DNA of 55,093 nt, filler included, from Piptocephalis cylindrospora (GCA_003614145.1; 3 parts of 3 records of this genome joined end to end with filler, not necessarily neighbours in it), one strand, 5' to 3'; shown: positions 1 through 13,730, counted from the first letter of the whole stretch. Notes: generated by a model not told the origin, from the sequence alone. Translations and numbers: made by a program.

Positions 1-1104
1 ATCTCTCCACCATTCTCACCCGCTCGCTCACTCACTCGGCAGAGAGCATCAAAAGTCTGCTAGGGCAGGCTGAGCAGGAAGACACCAAGGACAGAAAGAG
101 AGAGGGAGGGAGAGAGGGCGGAGGGGTAGCCGTTACAAAGACCAAGAAAACACGAGAGGGAGAAGTAAAGAGGGAGAGAAGAGTAGAGAGGGAGGGAAGA
201 AAGAGGGAGATGCCAAGACCAAGTCGGGTCAGGAGGTAGAGGGGGGAGAGATGACAATGACCCAGATTGGATGGGACAGTGGATGGTGGAGAGGGAAGGG
301 GGGGCTTATTCTAGACAGCTGGTTTGGCACTGTGCTGGGGGCCGCGGGTCTGACTGGACAATGAGAGTGAGGAGGGCCTGCGCTGGCTTGGCTCGGCTCG
401 GCTCGGTTGGGAGACGAAGAAGATGCAGCATTGGCTACGATGGGCCCACATAAGCACTTGAGTGTTGTTGCGCGTGAACGGCCCAACCTGATCCGCCCGG
501 GAGAAAACGATTTGTTTGACAAGGAGGGTATTTTTAGTTTTATTCAGCGGTAGTGGTAGCCACAGTACATCTTCCACTCCATAAGATATTGTCACAGACA
601 GAGCCATCATCATCCGGGGTATTGAAGAGAGGAGAGGGTGAGTTCATAGTGCTTGTGGGATAGCGCAATAATAATACCATGAAGAAGGATTAATAAGAAG
701 ATACCGTAGATTATCTAATTTGTACCGTTGGTGACCAATCCGGTGAATGAAAAAAAAGGAGACATTTTCCCCTCTCCTTCCCTGCCTTGCCAATATACCT
801 TTAAGGGCAATGTCTGTGGTTGTGCTGCTACTCCTCCCTAAAAATATGAGACCAACGCTCAGAGAAGACGCGATTAGCTATGAAAGGCAAAGGGATACTC
901 CGAGTGAGAAAGAAGGGGGCAAGGGTAATTTGGATGGAATCGTTGATACATCCCATTTTCGATGGATGACCCGAGAGGAAGGCACATTTCATCCCATGCT
1001 AGATGAATGGCCCGTAGAAAAGAAACGTCCGATCCTATGATCATACACCGAGCCAAACAACAGTCACCACATACACACTCCATACCCATGATCACATCGC
1101 CTAC

Positions 1105-3361
1105 TTAGGAAATAGACAGAACCTTGGTGACGGCCTTGATCCCATCATACACACAAGTGTTGCGCAGAGGAAGGTACTGCTTGGTCATTTGCTTGATGCA
1201 CTCTTGAGCCATCAATCCACCCAGGAGGGAGGATACCGTATGGAGCTCGAGCCCGCCTGATCGGCATCTGAGAGGGGGGAGGGGGGATGACTAGTGGTGA
1301 GGGATGGGGTACCTTCTTTCGTGCCGCACATGCGCAAATTAACCTACAGTTCTTCCAAATAGGGCTTTAGATGCGATATAATCTCTGAATCCACCACTTC
1401 ACTCAGCCCCCACTCCCCAAGCATCCTTGTCGAGAGGAGGGAAAGGGAGGAAAGATCCTCTTTTAAATTCACATCCCCTTGTCCTAGTACAGGAGGGATA
1501 GAGGATCAGTAGGTGTATGTACACGGAAAGGGCAAGTCGTCAGTCACCTACCGGGGAATCGACCATGCTCGCGGAAAAAGAGCTCAACGGTACGAAGACC
1601 CACGTAAATGAACCATCCGTCATTGGGGTCCTCTTTCTTGCTCCACGTTCTCATCTCCTCCACCCTCCGGTTCCTTCCCTCCTCTCTCCACTCACTTTCC
1701 AAGGCGGAGTACTCCAGGACCCGGACATGGGGAGCGTACTTTGACCATAATTCCACGCATTCTCTCACTGCTTCCTCAGGAATGCCATTGCCTTTGGCAA
1801 TCTGAAGGGCCCTGACCAGGATTTGTTCCGAGTCTTGCTTTGCCTTGTCCCGGTACCTACCAAGGGGGTGGGGATGAGGGGAGAAAAGCGGATGAGACCT
1901 TGCTTTCTTTTCTTCCCACCTCCCTTACACGTACAGTCGTTGTAAAGCCATATACTCTGCACTATCAGCCTTCATATCCGGAATGGTCCCCATGAGGGGG
2001 AGTAGTCCATTGAGACCACTTGACTCATCCTCCATGGCCTCTCGGATAGCACGGGCCACAATCCAGAATAAAGGTGACTAGGATGAGAGGACGATGGTCC
2101 GAGTGAGTGGAGCGCGTGGCATATGTGCCACATTCCCATGTCTGGGCCAATACAACGGGATTCATCCTCACCGCTTGAGTGAGCCAATGGGCCATCTTCC
2201 ACGCCCCTGCTTCCTTACCTCGGAGTGAGCCCCAGTACATCGGGGATCTCTGAGAATCTCCTGGACCTGGGAGGGAACCCTAGTGGGATTACATGCCCTT
2301 AGGGTGGCTTGGTAGGCCTCTTCAATGTTCTCATCATCCACACCAGATCGAGTCATGGCTCGAATAGCTTCTCGGATCATCTTTTTCTTTGCAAATGAAT
2401 CTGGGATTTCTCCATTGTTCTTTGGGAGGGTGAGATGGACCCATTTACTCATCCTTTCTCTCTCTCTATTCAAGACCTACCTTCCTCCTCCATGCATCAA
2501 GCTGCCTCCCGAGTAGAATGACCCAAGGAACGTGTGAAAAGGCATACCCATCCATCTGATCCAGATCCATAGAATACATATGCTCCCTAAGGGCTGGCCA
2601 GGGTACATCCAACCGTAGATCCTGGGCATTCTCTGGATGACTCTCGATCACTAATGATGGAAGGGTGAGTTGGGATGTTGGCGTCCATCATCCCTCCTCC
2701 ATTTATGCCTACCGGTATGCTCCTGAAAGGCGAGACGAAATGCCCCAAAGAGACCATTAGACCAGGCGCGGATCATGGGGATGTTCCTCTCCTCCAAAAA
2801 GCGAACCAAATCCATGAGACAGGATACCTCATCCCCCATCCATTCCGTGAGGATGACCATAGTGAATTGGGAGAAAACATCGGGGTTCTCTCTCCATACT
2901 CGGGTAAATGGCTACCATTAGTGGACACTGCGTCGTTAGTGCGTGCAAGAGAGAAAATCGCGCCGCGTGGATCATCATCACCATCCTTACCTGATTCATA
3001 CAATGCCCCTGGACATCCTCATTCAATTCCCCTAACCACTGAGTCGTTGCCTCGGCCCTCATGGCCCCAAGGTCCCGGGGAGTAACAAAGAAATTGGAGG
3101 CCACATCCTCCTCCGTGACCAAGGCTCCATCCATGATGGTAAATTGGCCAATCCCTGGTAGAACAAGGTTCTTGAGCGTTTCCGTTCCCAAGGCCGAGGC
3201 TCCCAGCAAGGCCACATGCGCCTCCTCTAAGGCTTGTTGACCCCGGGTATCCCATAATCTGGATGGGGGGATGAGAGAGGACCTTTCCCTACCTTGCCCA
3301 TCCCCTTCTCTTGCGCCTACCTCAGTTGTCGATCATACTTTTGACGCTTGAGATCGCTCAT
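1105..3361 (-). CDS. ULA1: NEDD8-activating enzyme E1 regulatory subunit (NAE1/APP-BP1/Ula1), multi-exon
   Basis: Exon 1 reads MSDLKRQKYDRQLR, followed by LWDTRGQQALEEAHVALLGASALGTETLKNLVLPGIGQFTIMDG, VIESHPENAQDLRLDVPWPAL and a C-terminal ELHTVSSLLGGLMAQECIKQMTKQYLPLRNTCVYDG. Short GT-AG introns join the ORF-track fragments. Confidence 0.95.
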
Positions 3362-3846
3362 AATGTGTGCGCGGTTTAAAGACTAGGATGGGAAGAAGGG
3401 GAAGACTTGAAAATGCACTGGGCTGATAGAAAAGAGGTAAACAAACGCGTATGTGTGTGGGAGGATCAGACAGCGTTGTGTTCTCCTTGGGAGACGTCTC
3501 ATAGACAAGCCAGGCCTGTGTCATGATGTCACAAATTTACGAAAATACAACGTGGTGGCATACACTTTGACTTACCCCCACGATAACTCAGGCTAGATCA
3601 ATAGAGATCCCGTGGATTCCTCAGCTACGAATAGATCCATGTCCATTCAATAGAGTTGAGCATGTACCCAGAAATAGCACCCAAAAGAGGGAAATAAAGA
3701 TGTGTATTGTCATGAAGGGGGGAGAAGGGTGATGCATCAGCAGTGGAAAGAAAGTCAAGCATTTGCATTCGATCAGCATCGAGTCCCCGTTGGGGCAGGA
3801 AGAAAGAGAGGCATTATCATTCTACACATCATTGGTTCATCCTACA

Positions 3847-5730
3847 TCAGGGCTTCTTTGACGATAAAGTATCTTTGACAGTTTCAACGTATAGAGCTCG
3901 GTCAGAAATCTCAATGGGCTGACCTTTATGCGCTTCAAGAAGGAAAATCTTGAGGGCCACCGTATACTGGGCAAAGGTCTTGGCGGGATTCTTCGGGGCA
4001 CTCAGTCCTTTAGGGGTACTAGCCCACTTGAGGCCGTTATAAAGTGCCTTGGCAGCCCCTTTGTTGCACCACTTGACCCACGCTTTCTTCCCACGCAGCT
4101 TGGCCCAGAACTTGCCAAAGGTCCCTTTGTAGGAACTGGCCATCTCACTCTCCATCTTAACAGCCATGGGGGCCGCGACTCGAAGGCTTGTCAGGGCCTT
4201 CTCTTCGGACTCTTTATTCCAGGTGAGAAAAGAGTCGTCAGAGATGCTGTTCAGCATATCCTGGTACTGTGGCAAGATTCTGGAATAGAAAGCAGGCGCA
4301 CGCTTGGCAAAGACGGCATGAATGTAGATGGAAGTGACGAATGTGCGGACATGCTTGGAGGCGGTGTCGATGATCGGGTTCCAACGTTCTTTGATGATCG
4401 GGAGCGTAACCAGATAGGGCTGGAGATACCGGACGAGCTGAAGGAACCTGACCTTGTAGATCCATTCCTCCAAATACTTGTCTATCCACTTGAAACCCAG
4501 AGCCTTGTCGAGGAGTGAACGAGCATCAATATAGGAGTGCCAATTCCGTTGATTTTCACTGGTCCATGCCTTTTTGAAATGATCATCCCTACAGATGTAG
4601 AAGTAATGGGTAAGTCGTGTGGCTGAACGAAACACGCGCACCAAACGATTACGCCCTCCCCGTTTATGCTTCCGAATCACTTCGGGGAGCTGGTGGTCAA
4701 CCTGGTTACACATCTCCGTTAGGAAGTTGGTGATGTCATTAGACGACAGGATGGGAAGGTTTTTTTCAAAGAGGAAGGCATCTCCAAAGTTCTTTACAAG
4801 CGACGCAGGGGACTTCACATGGGAAGGGTCCTGGACTGCCGGAACATTGGCAGCGGCCTTGGTCGAATGCCATTTCTTGAGCATGATCTGTTCCGCACGT
4901 CTAACATCTGTAGGGTCATCTTCGGAAAGGATGTCCTCACGGTAGAAGAATCGCATGACAGCACGAAGGTACAAGAGCGTTTTATCCAGAGAGCCGAAAG
5001 GGATGTGAGATTTCAGATAAAACCTCTCCATGATCAGGGATTGAATAGCGACTTGCAGGTAATGGCGCAGATCAACTGGGGAAATTTTTATCTCACGCCT
5101 TGAGACCCCTATCTGACGGTTTTGGCCGATAGCTTCGGCATCGAACTTCATAAGAAACGCCCTGACCTTAAGGCCTTCATCAAATGAATCAGGCCCCTTT
5201 TGTTCAGGGAGGAATTTAGAGAAGCCAATGGCCTTGCGAAGGTCCTTGACAAGGGAGACGTAGGGGTTTGGGCCAAATTCCTTTACCATGACATTACAGT
5301 AGCTATCAACAAGGGAACCAGGTGATCGAAGAAAAAGAATGTCCTCTGCGTTGGCCGCGGTAGGCCTGGGTATTTTGTCACAGGCTTCTCGGGCCAAACG
5401 CTGATGGTACCGGGCCACCTTGTTAAATAAGAGCAGTTCTTTTTTGGTATCAGCATCCTTGGAGCGGTCATATGGCCCCATACCAGGGGCAGGAGAGGTA
5501 GGGACGTCCGAGTCGTCGTCCAGCTGACCGGCCACCATAAAGAAAAGCCCCGCATAGATCTGGTTGTAGGGGCGATACTTTGCCTGTCGTTGGAGAGGGC
5601 TTAATTTTTTATAGTCGAGCGGGTCTATAGAGACCGTGAGGTCGAGGAGGTTCCTACGAGGAGGCTCTTGGTGAAAGGTTGAGTGGACCTGAGAAGGTGG
5701 GTTCGGGAGGAGGTGAGGACTAACGGACAT
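3847..5730 (-). CDS. Hypothetical intronless protein (~627 aa from MSVSPH; ORF open up to 5943)
   Basis: Uninterrupted 698-codon ORF with globular, helix-like composition. A pyrimidine-rich leader precedes the ATG at 5730. No family motif recognised. Confidence 0.8.
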   Translation of the reverse strand: MSVSPHLLPNPPSQVHSTFHQEPPRRNLLDLTVSIDPLDYKKLSPLQRQAKYRPYNQIYAGLFFMVAGQLDDDSDVPTSPAPGMGPYDRSKDADTKKELLLFNKVARYHQRLAREACDKIPRPTAANAEDILFLRSPGSLVDSYCNVMVKEFGPNPYVSLVKDLRKAIGFSKFLPEQKGPDSFDEGLKVRAFLMKFDAEAIGQNRQIGVSRREIKISPVDLRHYLQVAIQSLIMERFYLKSHIPFGSLDKTLLYLRAVMRFFYREDILSEDDPTDVRRAEQIMLKKWHSTKAAANVPAVQDPSHVKSPASLVKNFGDAFLFEKNLPILSSNDITNFLTEMCNQVDHQLPEVIRKHKRGGRNRLVRVFRSATRLTHYFYICRDDHFKKAWTSENQRNWHSYIDARSLLDKALGFKWIDKYLEEWIYKVRFLQLVRYLQPYLVTLPIIKERWNPIIDTASKHVRTFVTSIYIHAVFAKRAPAFYSRILPQYQDMLNSISDDSFLTWNKESEEKALTSLRVAAPMAVKMESEMASSYKGTFGKFWAKLRGKKAWVKWCNKGAAKALYNGLKWASTPKGLSAPKNPAKTFAQYTVALKIFLLEAHKGQPIEISDRALYVETVKDTLSSKKP

Positions 5731-6698
5731 CGTGACGGGAGGAGGGAAAGGGGAAAGGTCAAAGTGGAAGGGTATCGTCGTCGTTACAGAGAGGAGGAGG
5801 CGTGCGAGAAAGCGTTCACCTGAAAAGACCAGAATCGAGAGAGGGGAGAGGGAAGGATGGAGATCAAGGGTGATGGCCTTGGTTGTATACAGCTTGATTG
5901 TCTTGGGGTGAAAAAGTGCACCCGAAAGACTATACGGATCCATGCCTTTGTTGTTACTGCCTCTTCTCTCTCTCCGTGCCTTTGCTACAGGCTGAGGGGA
6001 TCCCTGAGATGTCCCTATGCTTCTGTATGTACTCAGGTTCGGAGTTCAAACAACATAGGATCATAGCGTCCCTCTACCTAATGCTATGTTCTGGGTTTCA
6101 GCTCTCTTCGGTTCTCTGTAAGGAAGCACGAATCAAGGTATACTGTGAGCGCCCCCTTCTCTTCTCCATTATGGACAGGTGTGGGTGGAGAGATGGTGCT
6201 CTGTAGTAATAAACAGCGAAATGTATTAGGGAAATGAGATGGTACTGTCAATCGCCTAAAGATTAGCCTGTTAGGTAATTCAATATAATTATATTCCTAT
6301 GTTTTTTTGTATTGAAATATTTCTTGCCTTACGGGGAATCACCCAAGGGATAGATTTGCACTCCTCGCTCTCTCTCTCTCTCTCTCTCTACTATAACTCC
6401 GATGGGCAGCAAGAGTATGCATTCTTCCCGCCTTTCGTCCAAACCGTTTCGTTATGTCTGGAAAGGAGCGGAGAGGAGAGACGCATCTCTATTCAACTTT
6501 CCCTAGGGAGTTGAAAGGGCCCTGTCCTCTCTTTCCACACACACACACACCATTATTCTGCTTGAATCATGGCTTATGGTAGAGGAGAGAGGGGGGAGCG
6601 AGGGTCCATGTTGTTCGTTTCTTCCATCCCCTCCATTTCTTCATCCCTTCATCCCATACATCACCCCTTTATCCCCTCATATATTCCCTCCAGCACTC

Positions 6699-9213
6699 AT
6701 GTCCCCAGAGGATACGCCAAGCGACGTGACCAAGGGACAGGAGCAGCGTTCGATGGAGACCTCGGCTAAACCCTCCGGGACTGACCCTATCAAGATAACT
6801 TCCACCTCGGGTACGCCCGAAGCCTCCCCTTCCACTCCAGGCGCCATTCTTTCCGGACCTACCTCCCCCACCCAGGAGGGAGCAGGGTCAGGGAAGAGAC
6901 GACCCAGACACGGGTGGACCCCGGCTCGTCTGGACTACATCTGCTTATACTGCCCTGAGCTGGGGAGGCCCCGACCGGGGGAGAATGGGGAGGAGGAAGC
7001 TACGGAACTACGGCAAATCCTCTACTTTCATCCCTCCACTCTACCCTCCAATGAGCAACTCAAGCACATTGGCCTTGCACAAGGGCTGACTGCATTTGCC
7101 GGAGCATTTAAATCCACTCCAAATCCATCCCAGCCCGGAACGGGTTTTGATGTGGTTAGAACGGGAAGGTATAGGCTGTATCAATATTCTCCAGAGTCCG
7201 GAGTTTATCTTCTCATGGTTCGTAATTTTCCCGTGCATTTTCGGTGATTGGGGTAGTGGTATGTGCCTTTATTTTCCTTGCTCATACCTACTCTTTCCCC
7301 CGTTCGTCAGAGGGTATCTCTAGGCTATACCACTAGGCCATCCAGAACCGATAGGACTCAGACCACTGTGGAGTACTCGGAGACCTCGGTGGAGGATGGG
7401 TGTATGCGGACGGTCATTCGTAACCTTTACCGGGACTATCACTTTCTTCACGGGAAGTGGAAGAGTGATTTGGATGGTTCAGGAAAGGATGTTCAAAGGA
7501 GGATGAAAGTTTTTATGACCCTAGCTCGACTTTCCCGACTTTCACTCTCGGTTGAACCCGACATTCATCTTGCCATGAATGGTAAGCGCCATTGCAGGGT
7601 CATTGGAAAGAGCTTTGTTGGACTAACCATGATACTCTGAGCAGGCATCCAGGCCGTAGATCTCACCAAGATCTCCCGGCATATGGGGAGGGAACTGGGG
7701 GAGCGGGTGGGGCTTCTTGGGGCAGGCCTACTCCTCACCTATCGTGGCATGCTTGTTCATACTTCCTTGGTCCCAGATCATTTCCCTACTTCCCCCCCCT
7801 CCGCTTCTCCTTCCTCGGTTTATTCTACCATCTCTACCGTTCCTCCCATGCCCTTGGCTGTGCGGGATGCTTGGAGGTGGGCTGCCTGGGACTGGGAGGG
7901 GGAGAGGAGGATGAGGAGACGGAGAAAGAGGGAGCAAGCAGGTCGCGCCCTAACTTCACCCTCTCGTCCCGGGCCCTTGGGCTTAGCAGGGGGTGGGGAT
8001 GGAGAGGGGGATGGCTGGTGGAAGGGCATGGTATCCGGTACCGTCTCCAAGGTCAATCCCGCTACCTGGGGTCGAACCCTTTATGGCCTAGGCTCCCTTA
8101 TGACCGGAAGCAACGATACGCCCGGAAAAGGCAAACGAGCTGATGAGGATGAGGAGGATGAGGAGGACGAGGCCATGGAAAGGGAGGATGAGGAGGAGGA
8201 GAGGCGTTTACGTGAAATGCTGTCCACTGCTCCATCTCACTCGAATGGACAGGAACAACAGAAGGGGCAGGAGAGACCAAATGGACAGCAGATACTAAAT
8301 GGGCAGGAGAGGCCAAGTGGACAGATGAGATCTAATGGCCAAGAGGAACACATTGATCAAGAGGAAATTCCTAGTCAAGAGGAACAGCCTAGTCAAGAAG
8401 AGGCAGGAAACAACAGGGGAAGGTGGCTCACGCAGTGCAAGGAAAAGGAATCAGGGACGAGAGCCCCTTTGGTCTTTTTGGATCTTCATGAAAATGCCTT
8501 GGATGAAGATCCCGAGCCTGATCAAGCCACCTCCCGTATGCTCCTATTCCAGGGTCCGCGGGGCCTTTTAGCCCAGATCTTCTTGGAGGGTGAGGATGCC
8601 GATGGGGAGGAGATGTACGGGAGTCTTAGACCCATCCTCCAGGAAAGTATCCTTGAGCTTGAGGATCAACTGCGAAGGGATCGATCGGATCTTCGTAGAC
8701 TAAGGTATGGTTCACTTTATCCTCCCTTCCTCCCTTCTTCCATCTCATCCCCTTTACCCATCTCCAGTGGTGAGGTGTATGGTCCGTATCGGTTTATCGC
8801 GCTGGACACTCGAATGGGAACGGTCAGATCAACCCTTCGTCGACGTAGAATACGTGGAGAAACCCACCGTACCCTTCTACGCCTCCGGCAGGAGCTGATC
8901 ATGGATCCGGAGACCCGAGAGAGGAGTGGGAGGTGTGCTGAAAGTGGCCACTGGGTCCTTGGTCGTAGGGATGGGTCCAGAGAAGTCTGGGTTTTGGTGG
9001 AGAGATCCGAGGCCTCCCTTGTCCACGCTGGAGGTCAGTAAGGAAGAGGGGCATAGGATGGGTTGACTCGTGCTCTACTCACATTTGTCTCTTCTTTGGG
9101 GATCGCCCTATTTAGAGGAGTTTCGAAAGTGTATCCATCTTGACCTGGGTCAAGTGGTCCCCGAAAGGGGAAGTGGCATCCCCTTGCCCTCCAGGAAGCC
9201 AAGCAGTGGGTAA
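6699..9213 (+). CDS. CCZ1: Vacuolar fusion protein Ccz1-like (longin-domain Rab7/Ypt7 GEF subunit), 4 exons
   Basis: PARLDYICLYCPELG...QILYFHP...EQLKHIGLAQGLTAFAGAF is a first-longin signature. The C-terminal YRFIALD...GHWVLGRRDGSREVWVLVERSEASL fits a third longin. Introns near 7218-7310, 7581-7644 and 9034-9115. Confidence 0.8.
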
Positions 9214-10482
9214 AAAGAGGGACAGGGCACGGCTACATTGGGTGTGTATGAGTAGAACCAAGCGGCCGATGGAAGATGCATTCGAGGAATGTACAGGCGT
9301 TGTAGAGAGATGGTCATCGATACTCTCAGAGCATGGGGGACTTTTTTTAAAGATATATGGTAGTACTTGGCCTAGTGCTCATTAGATCCATCATTAAGTC
9401 AACGGCCCTTTTATTCTCAAGAGCGGGGCGTTAAAATTTGGATACAATGATTTGGAGTACCTTGGAGCATAAGATAATGTTGGTGGCGGATACAACTGCT
9501 TGTTCATTTCTAATGGCACAAATAAGTAAAATAATCATCCCCTTTCTCGAGTTTTTGAGTCCCCCAGTGAAAGGGCATGCGCGTATACAGTGCATCACCC
9601 TCACCCTGAATAGCATCATTAGGTGCTAGAATAGTCAGGAGTAGATAAGAAGACACACATCTTCCCTCATCGACTCTCTCCTGTCCTTCAAACACAGCAC
9701 TTGTATATGTGTACGCGCACGCCCTTTAGTGTGGTATTGTTAGTGCGTCTAGTCAGGATGTGAAGTCTACCCTGAGAGACTCTGTGTCCTCTTTCCCTCT
9801 CTATATGTGCGTCTACATGCGTGTGTGTGTCTACAGCAGCACGACGAATCCTGTCTCCGAGCAAGGACTGGTTGGGCCATCCAGCCAGGAGGGGGGAGAG
9901 GATAAGAGAGCCCTGTCCCTCCGGTCCGCTCCATCCCCTCCGCATCCTCTCTCCTTTTGTCCTTTGTCGCGTCTCCCTATCCTCTTCCTCCTTCACTCCC
10001 CTCTCCCTTCCCCCCTTCCTCTCTCTCTCACCCTTTTTTACTCGAGATTGGTGATTGCGAGTGTGTTTCCCCTTTCCCTTCCCACTGATCCTTGAGGTCA
10101 GCGCTTTGACCCTTGTCAACATCGGATCTCCCACCCTCTCCCGCTCATCCCTCCCCTTCAAGACCATCCTGTCACTGTGCACGTCTTTCCCACACGCGTC
10201 TGTCCAAACTACCATTTTCTGGCTGCATCCTCCTCACACATCCTCCTCCTCGGATTCCGGTGAAGCATCGTCGTCCCCCTCCCCCCCTCCCTGTCCAGAG
10301 CTCCCTCTCCCGCGTCCAAAGCGCTCGTTGAACGTGTGCTCCTTGACCGTGATACCCTTGGCCCTTCCCTCTTTCTTCCTTTACGCGTACTTACCCGATT
10401 TGAATAGGAGTCACTTCCTCAGCCATCACCTTGACTCCCCTACCTTATAGGGTCATTTCTTCTCGTTCCCCCCACTTCCAAA

Positions 10483-13400
10483 ATGACTCCTATGCCTATT
10501 CAAGGTCGACAGCTCTTTGTCGGAAATCTGCCTTTCATTGTTGCTTGGCAGGACCTCAAGGATCTCTTTCGTGAATGCGGGACGGTTCTACGCGCCAATA
10601 TCATGTACGGACGGGATGGTAGGTCCAGGGGGTATGGCACCGTCCTCTACGCTTCCGCTGAGGAAGCTGCCAATGCTATTCAACGATTAAATGGCTTTGA
10701 GTGGTATGGTCGTCGTATGGAGGTTCGGGAGGATCGGAGCATCGTCGATGTCCAGGGCCCATCCCCCGCTCCTCAGTCTTTCACTGGTGATGCCTCTTCT
10801 GTGTCTACGAATGAGAATGGCATCATCTCCACCAGTATTCAGGGTGAAAATGGGGAAAAAGCGTCTGAAAAGACGGAAGATTCTGAAAAGAGCAAGGGGA
10901 ATGATGTATCAAGCAAGGTCAAGTCGACCCAAGAAGATGATTCATCCTCCATTACTCCCGTGATTGGGGTCCGTAGGCAGCTCTATGTTGGAAATGTAAG
11001 CTGCATTTCCCATTTTTCATCCATCTTGGCGTATTCATCTCGGGGAAATGAAGTTCAAGCTTATCTTTCTCTTTCTCTCCCTCTCTTCGTAGCTTCCTTT
11101 TCGTGTGCGTTGGCAGCATCTCAAGGATCTCTTCCGTCAAGCTGGCAATGTCCTTCGTGCCGATGTGGCCATTGATTTTGATCACAAATCCAAGGGCTAT
11201 GGTACAGTCCTCTTTTCCTCCATGGAAGAAGCCAAGAGAGCCATTGGTAGGTTTCTTACCTGCCAGAGTGTCCTTTTTAATTTTACTTGTGAAAACCTCT
11301 TACCCCCTCTTCCATGATAGATATGTTCCAGCATTACATGTGGCTAGGGAGGTGTTTGGAGGTCCGGGAAGATCGGGGTTTTGTGGATAAGGCGCCTCCT
11401 TCCGGTGTCCCCGTCCAGCCCTTCCCTCTTCAGGTGAGGAATGAACTTGGTGTCGGATAATCTTTTTTTTTCTTGCTCATCGTCTTCTCCCTTCATGATC
11501 GTCAAAGCAGCCTCCTTTCATGGGTTTTGGCATGAACCCCATGTTCGGTCCAGGGGGTCCTGGGCACCCACCTGCTCATGCCATGGGCCATCTACATGGT
11601 CACGGGGGTCCTCCAGGCCATCCGGCCCATGGCCCACGCTTCCATCATGCTGGGCATCCTTATGGTCTAACTGGGACCGAGAGACAGATCTTTGTGGGAA
11701 ATCTGCCTTTTGATGTGCAGTGGCCCGTTCTCAAGGAGCTCTTCCGCACCGTTGGTCATGTCATTCGGGCCGACATTGTCATGGGCCCAGAGGGAAAATC
11801 CCGTGGGTACGGTACTGTTCTTTTCGCCACTGCCCAGGAGGCTCGTCAGGCCATTGATACCTTTGATGGCCATCTCCTGCATGGCCGGAGCCTTCATGTT
11901 CGTATGGACAAGTTCGCCCCTCCTAACGGTCCTCCTCACCCACCTCCTCCGGCCTTTTCCCACCCCGCCATGTTTGGCCCTCCCCTCCCCCATCATGGCC
12001 ATCCCCCTCCTCCCCCTCCCCCTCCTCCTCCTCATCATCCTCACCACCACGGACACCCACCACCTCCTCACCTTCACCATGGACATCCCCCACCCCACTC
12101 ACTCCACCCTCATCCGGCCTTTCCCCCTTATGGTATAACCGGGGGTCGAGGCCTTATGATAGGGTCTCCGGCCGGATCTCAGGGTGTACAGGATCAGGAT
12201 GGGGAGGAAAAGGCCCTTGGCTCAGGGGACGGAAAGGAGGGTAGTGGAACCAAGGGGGAAGGGACTTCTGATGTTGATATCGTCGTCCCTCCTATGGGGG
12301 TTAAGACCGATGGGATGAGTGGTGAGGGGATGGGAAGTAGTGGAGGTGAGACCTTGATGGGACAGCCCGATTTTTCTTGGATGACTCATCTAGCTGGGTA
12401 CCCTCATCTGGCCGGAGCTCATCCTCCTCCCACCTCTATCTCAAGCAACACTGATATCTCTACTCCTGTCACTTCCACCGGATCCTTGGCCACCGGACAA
12501 GATCACTCTCCTTACCCATCCCATCCTCTGCCGCACCTCCCCTTTTTTGGGAACATGGCTGGTCTAGAGGGCTTCCCGCTTGGGGACGCTAGGGTGGGTG
12601 GAACCATGTCTCCTGTGGGGCAAGGCCCTCTCGGCATGATGGATGGGTCCATCCCTGGGTCCATCAACCCCATGGCCTCTTCCTCCACTCCCTTGGCCAA
12701 TATCACCACTGGCACCACTGGCACCACTGGGACTCTACCTGATCCCCTCACTGGTCTAGATGGAGGTATGGCAAGGGCTGATGGGAATATTGACACTGGG
12801 GCTTCTATGACCACTACAACTACCCCAGGAACCGTGGGTGGAATGATGGAATACCTTCGGCTGGGCACAGGGGGTGGAGGATTTCCTGGGGCGGCGGGAG
12901 ATGCACGCGGCGCCGATTTGGGGGGAGAGGGAACGGATGGGCGGGGCATCATGGATGGGTTCTCTGGGATGCCTCAAGCAGCCCAGATGCATGCAGCCCT
13001 TTATGGATTCCTCCCTCCACCTCCCCATCATCATCCCCATCCCCATCACCTCTCGGGCTCATCCACGTCTGCTCGGTCTCTAGGGGCCGGGATCGATGGA
13101 TCTGAGGAGGGCTCTCCCACCCCACCCCTTTACCCACCCCTCCCTACCTACCCTTCACATCCCCATCCCCATCCTCACGCTCATCCCTCCTTGTCCAGTC
13201 ATGGGGTCCTCGGCTCTTCCTCCTCCACTTCTACCTCCTCCTCCCCACTTCCCGGGACCTTTACGCCCACGGATGGAGGTATTCATGATCCAAGGGTGAA
13301 CTCCACTCCCTCCCCTGGGCCCGGAGCTCATTCTCACCCACCCCCTGGTGCCCTGTACGGGTATGGGGCTCCTCCTCCGCCCCCTCCACCTCAGCCTCAT

Positions 13401-13730
13401 TCGGGAGGAGGACTTGCGGAGATGGAAAAGGCCTTTGCTGGTATGAACATGGGGGCAGCGGCAGCAGCAGCAGCAGCAGCGGCCGCTGCCATGATGCACG
13501 CCGGAGGAGGCGGGGATGGGGCCTCCGGATCCTTCCCTCCTCCTCCTCTCTCCTCCTCTGGCCCCCTTCCTCCCTACATGATGGGGTCAGGCGGGCCTCT
13601 TGGAGCCGGGGGAAACTTGACCCCGGATACCCAATCCCAAAGGGGAAGTCCAGCGCCCGGACCGGAGAAAAAGGCCGAGGGTAAGGATGGGGCCATGGAT
13701 GGGAAGCATGCTGTGTCTACTGGACGATGA
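10483..13730 (+). CDS. Three-RRM RNA-binding protein (Gbp2/Hrb1/hnRNP M-like) with a long His/Pro/Gly low-complexity C-terminus
   Basis: Three RRM starts: RQLFVGNLPFIVAWQDLKDLFR, RQLYVGN|LPFRVRWQHLKDLFRQAG and RQIFVGNLPFDVQWPVLKELFR, each with an SRGYGTVL-type RNP1. Three short introns. Confidence 0.88.

Noticed and set aside
3554..3562. GGTGGCATA, a PACE/Rpn4-like motif upstream of ULA1
   Set aside because: It is a single imperfect match and is not found in the RPN6/RPN7 promoter, where it would be expected.
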